Positions 10,466 through 23,599 of a DNA stretch of 64,000 nucleotides are shown piece by piece. Under the pieces are notes generated by a model. It had not been told where the DNA came from, ran no database searches, and saw only the letters and a program-made list of their open reading frames with translations. This DNA is from Vicugna vicugna (taxonomy: Eukaryota), in contig MU058221.1 in NCBI GenBank assembly GCA_013265495.1, forward strand, positions 496,001 through 560,000. The letters are read 5' to 3'. The position numbers and the translations under genes were made by a program. The first letter of the stretch is position 1. Each line of letters begins with the position of its first letter.

Positions 10466-13400
10466 TGCTTAACATTTAGCATTAATAACACAATAATCTA
10501 GCATGAGTTATCTAATGAAAATAAAATAAATTTTTATCTTTCCTCAAAATCATAGTGATGGTGTTGATGCTGTAATGGAAGCGTTAATGAATATGTTTAC
10601 AACTTTGTGGAATTATAAAATAAAAACACACTCAAAGTTCAGAGTGTTAATGATAATAACAATGTGGTTATTGAAAACATTTGATGATGACATTAGTTCA
10701 TAAATCTACTTTACTATAAATAGATCTTTATACAAGGTTAATGAAAAATGCAGTGAAGAACTTATTAAAAATTTATACTCCAGAAAGAAAATAAAAGACC
10801 AAAACGTTAATGAGTTACCCTTAGCAGATCTGACTCAAACAGTAATAATAAAGTTGCAGGTTTAAAAGTTAACGCCCAAATTATCTGCACTGCATGAAGC
10901 AAGTCTTAAGTTTCAAGTTTGAATTTTAAAGCTATTTTTTTCAGCTTAATAGTAGTCAGGAACTGCCAAGAATAAAGGCTTTAGAAAACTGGGATGAGTT
11001 ACCTAATGCAGCCGACGAGCTAATCAGTGCTGGGGTTTCAACGGTGGGGCCAGGTCGGCATTTGTTTTGGGTGTTGTGTACAAGATTCAGGCAGGCAAGG
11101 TAAGACTTGACTGGATGCTTCTAAGCCTTTTCCAACTCTGATTGTGATTTTATTTCACTACAGGGAATATCAATGTGGAAATACTCATTTACTTAGTATT
11201 TATGCTATAAAGATCAGTGTTTCATTTGCCAAATTTTTTATCCCCGTGTGTAGGCTAGGATGGAAGAGGATGTCACAACATTTCTATCACAGAGCTAGCT
11301 AACTTCCGAGAAGTTTATGACCAGATTCTCTGAGTGGCCATACTTTTCAAGGAGTAAGACCTATAACCCTACTTTTCACGCCAGACTTGACTCAGAGGTT
11401 GTTGCTCAGGGCAGAAGACAGTCACAGACAGAGTGGACAGGAGGGCCTCCCAGCCTGATGGGGTTTATTCATTACATTTGATGTCAACCTTGTGTGTTAC
11501 AATTACATGTATCATTATGATATTTTTATAATGGAAAATGATGTGGTCCTTGTATAAAAGCTTGAGACATATTATTTGCTGAAACAACATACATCTGTCA
11601 GCAGTGTTACTGTAACTTGTGAGAGTGTGGAAGATCCTGGAAAGGCCTGTAAAGGACCCGTTTGCATATACCTGAGCAGAGAGGATTCTGTACCAACGTC
11701 TTAGTAAGCTGTTGGATCAGTGGGAAGGACATCTGCTTGGAAGGTAGAAAACTCAGGTGGAAACTCCATCTGCTATTAGCAAATTCTGTGACCTGAGACA
11801 TCATCAAATGTCACACATGTAAAAAAAAATGTGTACAATGTATAAAACTTCTCCCCGAGAAGCGTCACAGTAAAAATAACCTGAGACACACACTTGTCAG
11901 AGGTGCCCCATTATTAAGCATAAACTTTTTTCCATTTCTCCTTATCTATGGATTGATGGAACACCTTGTAAAAAGTGTGTGCATGCCCAAGGAGAGAACT
12001 TAATGTCAAATTCTTTACTTACCACTGAATAATAACGTTTATAGTTCTGAAGAAAACTTTGTAATAAAATGGCCACAAAGAAGCAGGAGGACCACTCAAT
12101 ATACAGAAATTCTCTGTTACATGAAACAGCTGTGCTGTGAAACGTTGGTTGATCTTACATTATCATCTCTTTCCAGCTTACTTCCTTTTGCCCTCAACAT
12201 GGAACTGCATCTCAGCTCTTCCACTGGACATTATCTGTCTTTTTTGTTTGTTTACCTGTTCTCAGGCATTCTCCACAGCATCTAGACCAGACAGCAGGAG
12301 GAGATGCTAATGAGATCGATGGCCTTGAGCAACTGACCTAGAAAAAAGTGCTTTCACTAAGTAAAGCAATCTGAGATGGCTAGTCTTCGCAGAAAATGTG
12401 GAGTTCACGTTCGACTGAAATTCATAAAGTTAGTACATTTTTCTTAGGGAATAAACTAAAATAAAGAAATGTCTAAAAAGTGTCTATTTAAAAATGAATC
12501 ATTTAGGAAGAATTTTTTTGAAGGCAGAAAATAAGGGTCAGTCAGGTACTGACTTTGAGAAGGAAACCTCAGTGAGGGACAGAACCAGTGGACGTGCTGC
12601 AAAGCCAGGGGAGTGACAGGCGCGATCATGTTCTCACTCCGTTTGTTAAGGCAACAACGATTGTTAGGATTTTCACAATTATTTGCTCTAAGTCCATTAA
12701 GGATTTATTGAAAATAAAATGAAAATCCCTGACAGCCAAAAACAAGGGCTGTGACAAAGTACAGCCCTCCTCAGGACGTGGTTGCACACCCAGCAATGCA
12801 CAAATCTTTCCTCTTTCAGTCATTCTATCAAGTTCTTCCAAAAAAGTGAAATCTAGTGCTTGAGAGCTGCAGCTTTTCCCTATGGTTCATAGTTAATGAG
12901 TTACCACTTTTTCATGATTCATGGCAGTGGGAGAGGAGACACTGGGCCATTGAATGGATTGTTATGGGAATCTGACTGGCTCATTCAAGAGGAGAAGCTG
13001 AATATGGGAAAAGGAAAAAAAAAAAGAGACCAAGAAAGGAGGAGTAATGGGGAAGGCAAAGAGAAAAATACAGAGGAAGAACGAAAGAAATGGATACATA
13101 GAAATATTCTTTTATGTGAAATTAGTGTTTAATTTATATTTGTCTATATTTAAAAGATACAGAAATGGCAATAAGAATGGAATGGGCTGATCATTTTTTT
13201 TTCTGATAATGTGTAATTTACACACTCAAGGAAGACCAGAAGAAATGAAAACATCAATATACGAAATTGTGTAAGTTTAATGTATACAGCTTACTAATCA
13301 GATACATTTATATATTGCAAAATGAGGCAGAAAAAAAGAAAATTTATGGTACATCACTTTGATGGACACATGGAACAACTAAAAGTTATACTTTCCAATT

Positions 13401-14128
13401 AAAAAAATAAAAACTTTATGATTTGTGTGTTTGTGTATGTGTAGACATGTATGTGTGTAGTTTGAAACTGGCCGCATCCCCACCACCATGAACTAGACAC
13501 AATGAGTTATGATTAATGTCTTTTTAATTGTCTCTATAGTAGGGAGAAAGGTGTTATACATAATATTTTATAAATATTTCCATTCGCTTTTTCACAACTG
13601 TTATTCTCCATATACTTCTGCAGAAATGGCATGATGCTGTGTTTTAGGGCTGTGTCTTGGTTCAGCACATTTTTCAATTAGATAGCTTCTATTTTTTTGG
13701 CAATTATAAATAGGGCCATCATGAATCTCTTGTGGTTATAAACTTCAATCCACCTTTAATTATTCTTTTAGGATAAATTCTTAGAAGCAAAACTACAGGC
13801 AATAGGTAATGCAGAATTCCAAGACCACTGTAGCATTTAGAGATCATGCCATTCAAAATGTTTACTTAGAAAATGTTTATGGAAAATTTTTTAAAAATTA
13901 TATTTTTATTTTTAATGATAATCTGGTAGTTAAGACTCAGATTAGTAATTGGAGGGGAAAAAAGTACATTTGAAAGTAAAGAAATTTTCTCAGCAATCAG
14001 AAATAAAAAATAAACAGATGGTTGGGTGGGACTGAGAGGGAAGAAGTGACATCTCAAACAGCTTCTTAAGATAAAATATGGGGTGTGTCACACACAGGTG
14101 CCCTGTGTTAATACATTTTTGTATGGAC

Positions 14129-14354
14129 CAGGGTTTGGCCAACTTTTTTTGTAAAAGGCCAGATAGTAAATATTTTAGACATTGTGGATCATATAGTCTT
14201 TGTTGCAACAACTCAGTTCTGCCACTGCAGCATAAAAGTAGCCGTAGACAAACATTAAATGAATAAATATATTCATTCTATTCCATTAAATGTTATTTAC
14301 AGAAACAAGAGACAGGCTTGATCTGGCTCAAGGGCCATAGTTTGCTGACTCCTG
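14129..14354 (-). mobile_element. MER58A-like hAT-Charlie MITE, near full length
   Basis: cagggtttggccaactttttttgtaaaaggccagatagtaaatattttag ... gggccatagtttgctgactcctg. Terminal inverted repeats visible. Homologous to 1231-1458 in reverse. Confidence 0.9.
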
Positions 14355-15929
14355 GCGAACTGAGTTCTTAGAACTCTTTGCAAAATCCTTTTAATTTAAT
14401 TATTTTATACTGGATTTCATAGCATTTTCATTCTTGAAAACAATCCGTGTTTTCCGAACCAGAGGTTGGTGCATCAAGCATCTCCACTGGATGCTCTAAC
14501 TCCTGCTAAGCTCCTTTTCTGCTGTTTCACTCAAAACTGCTGGATCCTCTTCCAAGACATTTACCTACACAAAAAATTCAGGGAGATTACCGCGCGAGTA
14601 TCTCTCTGTGCCCATCTCTGCCAGCTGCTGAGTACCATGAATCAGGATGAGATGATGAAACTGAATTTCAAATTTACACTCCTTTCTGGTTCACGTCATT
14701 CTCAGTCACGTCCCTCACGGTCCCTAGCCGTCTTTCCCGGTCTTGTCTCAGGTTAACCTGGGGCAAAGTAGAATCGATCTTCCTTTCATCTCCTCCGTCT
14801 TTGCTCTTCTCTGCGCGCATTATGTTAACTAGCACCCACTCCCTCGTGGCCCTCGTGTTTGCATTGCTAATGGCTTATTTTGCTGGTAAATGTGCTTCCA
14901 GCTCCTTCCACCTGAATCTTAGCCTAACGTCTTGACAATAACAGGCAAAACGCTGCATCTCTGGCCTTTTGGGTCAGGGAAGAGGGCTGAACACATTCTT
15001 CAGCCTTTGAAGGTATTAGCTGATTTTCCAGGACTAACACTTCACATATCGCCTTTTTGCAAACCAACAGCAACGCTGTATTAACAAAGCAATGAATGCT
15101 AAAAACTGCGACAGCACACCAATACGTAAGAAATAACACTGTCGTGAAAAATGCCTGACCTACTAGCCTGCTTATGAAAGTTCTGCCAGTTGCTGAATTA
15201 AACGTTAACATCACAAAATAGCAACAAACTTGCAGCAAACAGATGTGACGTTTTAAAATTACATTTAATGCCCAAAGGTTTTCACTTGTGCATTTTCTTT
15301 CTGCCAGTTCGCATTTAGATTAAATCTCTTATGTACAGTTATTTGCCAATTTGGGGTAAATTTCTTCTTGTAACTCTGAATGTCACCTTTATGTCTCTTT
15401 GTTCATTAGTTTTAACTTTTGTCTGGGAAAACACTTGGCTTATCGCGTAAGTCACAGAAGTGTGGGGCATGAGGCAAAATCTCAACGAAATAGATGAGAC
15501 TGGTCAAAAAAGGGAAAGAGGGAGAATGTAAAAGTACAGAGGAACCAGAAATCGCCGCATCGTTGTTCTTGGTGCCCTAATTAGCAACCGTTTCCTCGCC
15601 CCGTTTTCCTTAATGACAGCTCGCCTCGCTTGATGGAGGCTAAAACTGCCCCGTTCCCAGTCTGGCCTCAGTTGAAGAGAGGGGTGGCTCTGTGACCTGG
15701 TCCTGACTAGTAAGAATTAGCGCATTTTCATTGGGAATGCTGAGACAGATTTCCCTCTTTGCTGAGAAGAACTTAAGTGAGAGTGGTGTCCTCATTTCTT
15801 CCCGATTCTGACACCAGGTTTTCTGGGTCCCCAGAGCACGCTCAGGGTGAAACGTTAGCTAGAAAGACTCACAGGACCCAGAAAAGCTGTTATGGTCGGG
15901 GCTGTGGTTTATGACAGCAAAGCGAAAAG

Positions 15930-16460
15930 CTGCAGAGCCCGAAACTCATGGTGTGCAAGCCTCCCGGCGTCTTCGCCCAGCGCAGGCTCGCGAGCGCAGT
16001 GCTCCCCGCAGCAGCGCGTGGCTCACGCAGAAGGTGTCGCCCCCCGGGCAGCCCCGCCGGGCCCCAGCGTCTCGAGTTCTTCGCTGTTGTTGTTGTTGGA
16101 GGAAGAACGTTTACTCACATAGGCAGGCAGCTCCTTGATGGCTGACCTCAGCTATTCAGACTCAAAACCCCAGAGCAAAAGCCAGCATTCACCATAAACT
16201 ACATGTTTAGCGTAAACTCTGACCAGACTGGCAGCTGGCGGCCCGAGGCCTCAGGCAAAACGCAGAACAGTTGTGAAAGGCGACTGCAGCATTCCAAGCG
16301 CTGGGCGTTTGTCTTTCAGAAGCCAGCCCAGGGCCCATCCTGAAGGCAAAACTTCCCAGGGGACGTGCGAGCTTTGACACATCTGAGTAACCCTTCCTGG
16401 TCCACTTTGAACATGACTCTGTGCGGACACGACGCTCAGCGCCGTGGTCTCCATCCTATG
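15930..16460. promoter_or_regulatory. CpG/GC-rich patch (small CpG-island-like)
   Basis: Dense CpG at 15960-16085 (gcgcaggctcgcgagcgcag, ccccgccgggcccc). No repeat recognised. Confidence 0.4.
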
Positions 16461-17706
16461 GCTCTAAGAGGAAAGTTGAGAAATTTGTAGAAGATGAGAA
16501 GAGCCCTGAGATTTTTGAATTTATGATTTACTGCCTCTGAACCGCTTCCTGTGAACCCTTGTTATAGGAAATACGCTATTAGACTTCGTTTTAAAACTGT
16601 TTTATTTGCCAATTGCCTTTGGTTCAACTACATGGATCTTAACTGACCTAGTATCTAATGCATCCCATGACATATATGAGAAGTTTGAAGGTTAAAAACA
16701 CATAGACTCTGATAAAGCTGGATTTTGGAGTAAATATCAATATTATAGAAAGTCTGCCTTCTTGTCCCGTCTTTTTCTGGTCCTCTGTCCAGTGCAGAGT
16801 AGATGCAGTAACTGCAATGTCTCCATTGCCACAGTTCTAAGAATCTCTCATTATCTTTTAATTATTTATAATTTCTTGAAATATCATTTCCACTAACCTA
16901 GTCCTGTGTTCTTCACAATAAACTCTCAATAAATCTATTGAACGTTGAAGTTTAATTCCAATTAGACATTTTTTTGCCATGAGATTTTTTTCCACGTATC
17001 TCTTTCAAAAGAACAATTTGAGATTCTTGTCTGCCGCCTACAGATAACAATTACTTTGCAGGAGATACTTAATGACATTGTAGCCTTGATGGAAATGGTT
17101 GATTTCTAGCCATTCCACACTGTTTTTTCCTCTTCATTTTCTTCAGAAATAAAAATATTTTTCCTCAAAAGGGTAAACTTTGATGTAGTTCACTGCTAGT
17201 TTCAGATAAGCTGCTTTAAATCCTAGCTAACCTGAACTTCCTCCCACAGGGCTTTTTGAGTTCTTCAGCACAGTTTCAGACTATAGACATCTCTTTTAAA
17301 ATCATACCTGAATGCCTGGTTTTGAAAGTTTAGTTTCCTACAAAATTCTGAAGGTCTTTGCACTGCTGCAAAAGAATGACATTGAGGTTTTAGCAATTTA
17401 TTTCAGAAACTGGAGAAGACTGAATGTTTATACCTGCCACCCTGGGTAATATGTGGACCCTAATGAAATTCAAAAGTTGTCAATTTGATTTATTTGTAAC
17501 TTGGTGGACTCAGCTGGCAGCTATTTGGATCTGGATTGTCGGTTTACAGATGTTTTCTTGTGTCTAAATATAGAACAACACAAAAGCAACAGAATGCAGT
17601 GTGGCAGCAAGTGCCCACCACGGTTCTCAGCAAATGCTTTCCGCTTTCCTCTTCATTTGCCAGAACACTGTTATTCTGGGTCACATCTCTACCACATTTC
17701 AATTAC

Positions 17707-17742
<36 letters not shown>

Positions 17743-17753
17743 CACACATATAT
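17707..17753. repeat. (TA)n microsatellite with CA interruptions
   Basis: Seen directly. Confidence 0.9.
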
Positions 17754-17789
17754 AAACATGTTTTCCTAGTATCTTTCTCTGCCCTTTTT

Positions 17790-18825
17790 TTAATTTAAAT
17801 AAAGCTTTTTGCTTTAGGATAGCTTTGGATTTACAGAGAAGGTGCTAAGATAATAGAGGGTTCCCATATGCCCCTCACCCCCATTTTTACCATCTTATAT
17901 TAAGTCTGGTGGGTTTGTCCGAACAAAGCCGTCCTTGGTATAATATTATGACCTGGACTCTATACTCAGATTTCACTAATTTTCACCTAATGTTCCATTT
18001 CTGTTCCAAGCTCACACCCAGAATATCACATTACATTTTTTCATGATGTGTCTTTAACTTATTTTGGCTACGATGGTTTCTGACTTTTCCTATTTTTGAT
18101 GAGTGAACAGTTTTGAGGAACAATAGTCACGTATTTTGTAGAGTGTTTCTCAAACTGAATTTGTCTGATATTTTTCTTATGGTTAGGCTGGCACCGTGGG
18201 TCTCTGGTAGGAAGACCCCAAAGATGAAGTGCCTCACGCTACTCCATACCACGTGCACACGACTAGGGTGGCATCTCTGGAGACGTCACTCTCGGTCCCC
18301 CGGCATTTTCTCCACTGCAGTTACTAACTCCACCCCCACCTTTTCATGTTCTATCCTTTGGAAGCAAGTCATCAAGCACAATCCGCAGTCAAGCTGAACT
18401 CCGTCTCCTGGAGGAGGTAATGTCTATGTAATTAGAATTCTTCTGTGTGGGAGACTAGTCTCTTTCTCCCCTTTGTTTATCTACCCAATCTTTTATTTAT
18501 GTCAGTGTAGATTCATGGACATTTATTTTATACTATAGATCATATGGTCGTATTATTTTTTGTTGCTTAAATTATTCCAGCTTTGGCAGTTGGGTTTCTT
18601 TCATGTTTCTATATCCCTTTGACAAGGCCCCCTCGTTTTGACCTCTGAACACTTCCTTGCCTTCTGGCATTACAAAACGCTTCGCCCGCACCTTGTGTAT
18701 TCCTACCAGAGCCCTAGAACCAGCTATTTCTGCAAAGAGACTTGGGTCTTTTTATTGAAAAAGACTTTGGAAACCACAACTGTGTGCTGCGTATGCTCAC
18801 TGCCACTGGGCTCATTTTTATCTTT
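17790..18825 (-). mobile_element. L1MC-type 3' UTR (L1MC2/3-like)
   Basis: ggatttacagagaagg...gttcccatatgcccc...cctaatgttccatttctgttccaag...gtattttgtagagtgtttctcaaactgaatttgtctgat. Confidence 0.75.
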
Positions 18826-18829
18826 GCCA

Positions 18830-19655
18830 CAGAAAATTTCAGACATACACAAAAGCAGAAAAATTACGGATCTTGTCAAAGTCTTTAATTCAATTATCAA
18901 CACAGGAAACTCTTATTTCATTCACTTCTCTACCTGCTTCTCCCACGTTCTACTGTCACTGTGTCTACAGAGTCTCTAAGAGATAAATAACGTTCACGCA
19001 GCACTAGTTACAGCAGCCAAGACCTGGAAACAGCCTAAATGTCCATGGACAGAGGACTGGATAAAGAAGCTGTGGTGTATTTATACAAGGGAATACTACT
19101 CAGCCATAAAAAAGAGTAAAATAATGCCATTTGCAGCAACATGGATGGATCTGGAGATTGTCATTCTAAGTGAAGTAAGCCAGAAAGAGAAAGAAAAATA
19201 CCACATGATATCACTCATATATGGAACCTTAAAAAATTAAAAAAGACAAATGAACTTATATAAAAAACAGAAACAGACTCACAGACATAGCGAACAAACC
19301 CATAGTTACCAGGGGGCAAGGGAGTTTGAGATTTGCAGATACTCATATACAGATATAAAATAGATAAGTAAGTGTATACTGTGCAGCACAGGGAAATATA
19401 TTCAACACTTTGTAGTAGCTCACAGTGAAAAATGTTACAAAAATGAATGTATGTATGTTCATGTATGACTGAAGCATTGTGCTGTGCACCAGAAACTGAC
19501 ACAACACTGCAAACCGACTATAACTCAATAAAAAATAAACACATCATGAAAAGTTAAATATAACTACAATGCTATTGTCAAATTTAAGAAAAATCATTCT
19601 TCAGTATCATTCAAACTCCAGTTAGCACTCAAATTTAATTGCTTGTCTCATATGT
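18830..19655 (-). mobile_element. L1MC5-like 3' end, split by a younger L1 insertion
   Basis: aaaatttcagacatacacaaaag...tctctaagagataa on the left. taactacaatgctattgtca...gtatcattcaaactccagttagcactcaaattt on the right. Confidence 0.6.
18989..19540 (+). mobile_element. Young lineage-type L1, 5'-truncated (ORF2 C-terminus and 3' UTR)
   Basis: gccaagacctggaaacagcctaaatgtcc...atgccatttgcagcaacatggatggatctggag...ctcaataaaaaataaac. Confidence 0.95.
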
Positions 19656-20852
19656 TTAAAGTTGATAGTTTCCCTCCTAAATCTTACTTAAAATGTTTAA
19701 AAATCCAGGAATTCTATCAGAGCTTTAGTCACAGAGGAGCAGAGGGCTGTTGCTCCCAGTTCCTGCCTACGCTTCCCAACCAGGAGGTAGCTGCTCAGTG
19801 ACCGTCAAACGAGACCTGTAGTGTCTAGATCAGCACGTGCGTGGAGGTCATGTGTGTCCCTAATTAGAGCTGCTGCTTCTGAGGGCAGGGGAATGCTTAA
19901 CGCCATGACCAGTATGACAGAGACGTGGGGTGCCTGGGATTGTTTAGGAAAAGGCAGAGATGATAAAGCCTGGCCATCAGACTGCTAGATGTGAGCGGAC
20001 TGAGGGGGAATAAACACAAAGTGCTTTGTCTGGATCCAAGAGGTGAGGCGCTCAGCTCTGCTCCAGGCTGTAGTAGGCACTGTGTAAATGTTTCTTGAAT
20101 AAATTATGAATACTTTGAACCAGAATTATGCTTTGTTTAATATCATCAAATATTTGTCACTGGCATTGTTTTTTTCTATTTATATTTACCTATGTGCACT
20201 TACTTACCTTCTATTATTGTATTTCAAGACATTTCCTTTTAGATGCAGACAGATTTTAGTTGTTATTTGTTTAGAACCAGTTTGGGAGTCACTGACTCTT
20301 GCTAATAAGTATTTACAAAATTCACCTTTATTTCAATAACTGACAGACATATCCTCGTTTTCATCTTTATCCTAATATTTCTTAACTGCTACAGTTTCCC
20401 CATATATTTTTTTCTGTTTAGCAGTTCTTCTTCTCAGAGCCACATATAATCCATACATTCTAGGAAAGCTTTTTCTGAGCATTTATTAAATTATAGTTTG
20501 ACACTTAATTTAGCCAGATCCCACTGCATTGGTATTTTGCACAGAATTCTCCAGCCTGTCTTGTCTGGGTGCCATGACCTGGCTGCAGTTCACAAAGGCT
20601 GATAGGAATGTTCTCATTTGACATATTTTTGGTTAGTGGCAATTCAGTGCTAACTGGGATTCAATAAATGGTCACCCATTCTCTTCAAAGAGAAACGTCT
20701 TCTTACTGTCTTTTGCACACTCTGGAAATAGTCACATGGGTGGCCCACACATGAGGCGTCTTTAATGCTGCTGCTACAGAGATGGAAAATATCTCTGACT
20801 CAGCTCGCTTTGACACTGAGCCTGTTTTCACATAGGCTACTGCTTGTCTTTC

Positions 20853-21282
20853 TGTGGAGGCAGCTCTACTGGGGATGAGGGGAAAAACCCACAAAGGGAC
20901 CAGCAGGACTTCCCAGGCAGGGCCATTGCCTTCCCACTTTTGTGCTTCTGTAAAATGGCTTGCTTCTAGGAAAACGAAACTTACCCCTGAAATTCCATTG
21001 GTTCCCAAAAGCTCACTCCTGATTGGTCCATTTCTAAGAGCTCATTTGCATTTACCCCTAAAAGTCCATTGGTTCCCCCAAAGCTCACTCCTCATTGGTC
21101 CATTTCTAAAACCTCATTTGCATATGGCATGAAAATCAAAACCTAAAAGCCTGTGTAAGCCTACAGACAGGGACCAGAGCTTGGAGTGTTAACTCCTCTG
21201 TGCCCGCCGGCATAATAAACCTGAGTTCTCCAGCCCTCTGAGTGTTCCTTGGTCTCTCCACGGGATTCAGGTTGCTGTCACA
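20853..21282 (+). mobile_element. Solo ERV LTR (ERV1-like) with internal tandem duplication
   Basis: TG...CA termini (tgtggagg ... gctgtcaca), CCAAT boxes, TATA-like cctaaaag near 21142, AATAAA at 21214-21219. TSD not clearly seen. Confidence 0.8.
20981..21123 (+). repeat. Two-copy tandem repeat (71 and 72 bp) in the LTR U3 region
   Basis: Units 20981-21051 and 21052-21123, each ttacccct...ccattggttccc...gctcactcct.attggtccatttctaa...ctcatttgcat. Confidence 0.95.
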
Positions 21283-21819
21283 GGGAGATATTCTGAAATT
21301 CTTAACTATTGTGGAGAACTTGATGCCTGGGCGGCATGTTACAGACAGCTCAAGTGAGTAATAGAGACAAACCTATTCATGTCTTTCTGAAAGTTTCCGT
21401 TACAGAAAGTCATTTACTTTCAGCACCTCACTTATACCAAACACATATTTTAAAACCAAGACAAAATGCACATAATAGAGATCATAGTGGCTATCTTTAA
21501 ATTAGAACTCAGGTATCCAAACTGCACCATGCTACCTGTACAATGTATTTTCCTAAGCTCTTCTCATTTGTCCTCTGTGAGCCCTACATCATTATGAAGA
21601 TAAACCACGTCTTCATCCCACTTCTCTTCCTCTTTGGCTCACTGGAGCCGTGAACACAACTCAGCAAGGACTTGATGGATTGAAGTAAAGCCCATTTGTG
21701 GATCTATCTCAAATTCCATAGTTGATTTCAATTCTATTCAGTGCAACTAGTGCTGCAAAATTCCCACTGCATGTGAACAGTCTTTTGAGTATTGAAGGCA
21801 ACAGAAAGATAAATATGTA

Positions 21820-23042
21820 TAGTTCATTCTGCTATAACGTTTGTTTTAAAAAGGCACGTTAGTCCCAACACTACTGATATGTTAAGGAACAATTTGAACA
21901 TCATACGAGTTTTGCATTTGCTTATGCATGATCCCATCCGTGAGAATCACTGGCTGGATGCAGAGCACTGTGCGGAGCTGCACTGAACCACCAGGCAGGA
22001 AGACACAACACACATATACACACATACCCCAGACGTCTGCCAGCTACCTCAAGTCACACTTGTGTTATGGTTCCCGTTGATCCACGTCTGGTGTTAAAAC
22101 TTTTCATCAAATTGCATATAGCCCTCCCTCCACCACTTCACAATAACTCACACGCTGCAACTGCTCTGTCTTAGATGGACTTCAAGGACGGCCCTCAATG
22201 ACTCATGTCTTTGAATCATCCCCTTCTCTTGGGTGGGAGGGACTTGTAACTGGCTTCTAATCATAAAACATGGTGGAAGTGATGGGTTATCGCACCCATG
22301 ATTATGATACATTACATGGTAAAGGTGAGGAAACATTTCTCATATAAGTAAGTTCCTTTAGCAGCTAATTTGAACTGATTTAAAGTAGATTCTTCTAGGT
22401 GAGCCTTAGCTAATCATGTGAGCCTTTGCAGAGAGGGCCTCAAGGCCAGAGAGGGAAGACTTAGAGCTGCTGCTCTCCTGCTGGCTGTGAAGAGCCAAAC
22501 AGCTGAGTCTTGAGCTGCCTCTGAGGAACAGTGGCCTCCAGGAGCTGAGGCCTCGATCCTGCACCCTGAAGTCTGTTCTGCTAGCATACTGAGTGGAAGA
22601 GGACCGGGGCCTTTGTAGATCACAGCCTCGGTGGCCACCTTGATTTCAGCCTGTGAGACCCTGAATAGAGGATCCAGCTAAGCTGTGCCGGGCCTTCCAG
22701 TGTATAGGACCACAAGATAAAACATGGGCGCTGTTTCAGGCTGCCAGGTTTGTGGTGACTAGTTATGCAAGCAACAGAACACAGTTTCTGAGACACTCAG
22801 CCACACACGCCAGGCCATTTTCAAGCTAAAGTACCCTTTTTTGGCAATACTCATTTACTTCTTAATCATTTACCATGTGTGAAAGTACGCTGCTGGTTTT
22901 ATAAGGTTCCTACCTTTTCTTAAATGTGTTACTAACGAAGTTCTTAAGTCTTGTGGCCCATGTCCGCCTTCCCACAGAACTGAAGTCCCACAGCACAGTG
23001 ACTTCTAGGAATACGTATGACATCTTCTGTTAAAACTGACTG
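21820..23042 (+). mobile_element. Tigger13a-like TcMar DNA transposon, split by an LTR at 22167-22783
   Basis: TA-flanked termini tagttcattctgctataacg ... aaaactgactg. Internal ccaccacttcacaataactcacacgctgcaac and ttttcaagctaaagtacc lie either side of the insert. Confidence 0.85.
22167..22783 (+). mobile_element. MaLR solo LTR (MLT1E-like)
   Basis: caccttgatttcagcctgtgagaccctgaatagaggatccagctaagctgtgcc...gtttgtggtgactagttatgcaagcaacagaacaca. Confidence 0.8.
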
Positions 23043-23599
23043 TATTCTCAATATATTTGGGGAGAAATCCTTTCACAAATACTTATAATGAAAGCATCCT
23101 ATAAAGAGTAAGACTTTTTTCTAATAGTATTCAATGTGGTTGTAATATTGACCTTCAAACTGTCTTTTAAAATAGTAAACGATTCGTGAGGTCGAGCTGC
23201 TAAAAGGCTGCTCTCTCCAATCTCTATCCTTACACACGAGAGCGGAACCTGAGACTTCATTTAGGAACTGTTACTCTGAGTGAATTTGTTCTAAGTTTCA
23301 CTTTTCATAAACCGAGGAACCTACTTTGTTTCCTCTTTGGGGGTCATAAGGTTCTCCATTCAACGACTGCGTACAGGACTCGGTGACATGCACATGTGTT
23401 TAACAGCACTTTTATGAAGGATTAACCGTGATCTTAAAAACACTCATTTTCCAAATCTAGATAAAACTACACTAAAAAGTCTTACAAAAAAAAAACTCTT
23501 TAAACAAGGCTATGCCATTTCCAATCAACAATAGCACTCATTCACTCTATGCTAGATCCAGTACATTGTATACACGACATGCATCCTCTGGTTCACTCT

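Noticed and set aside
20981..21123. CRISPR-like repeat
   Set aside because: Two abutting copies with no spacers, inside an LTR in mammalian DNA.
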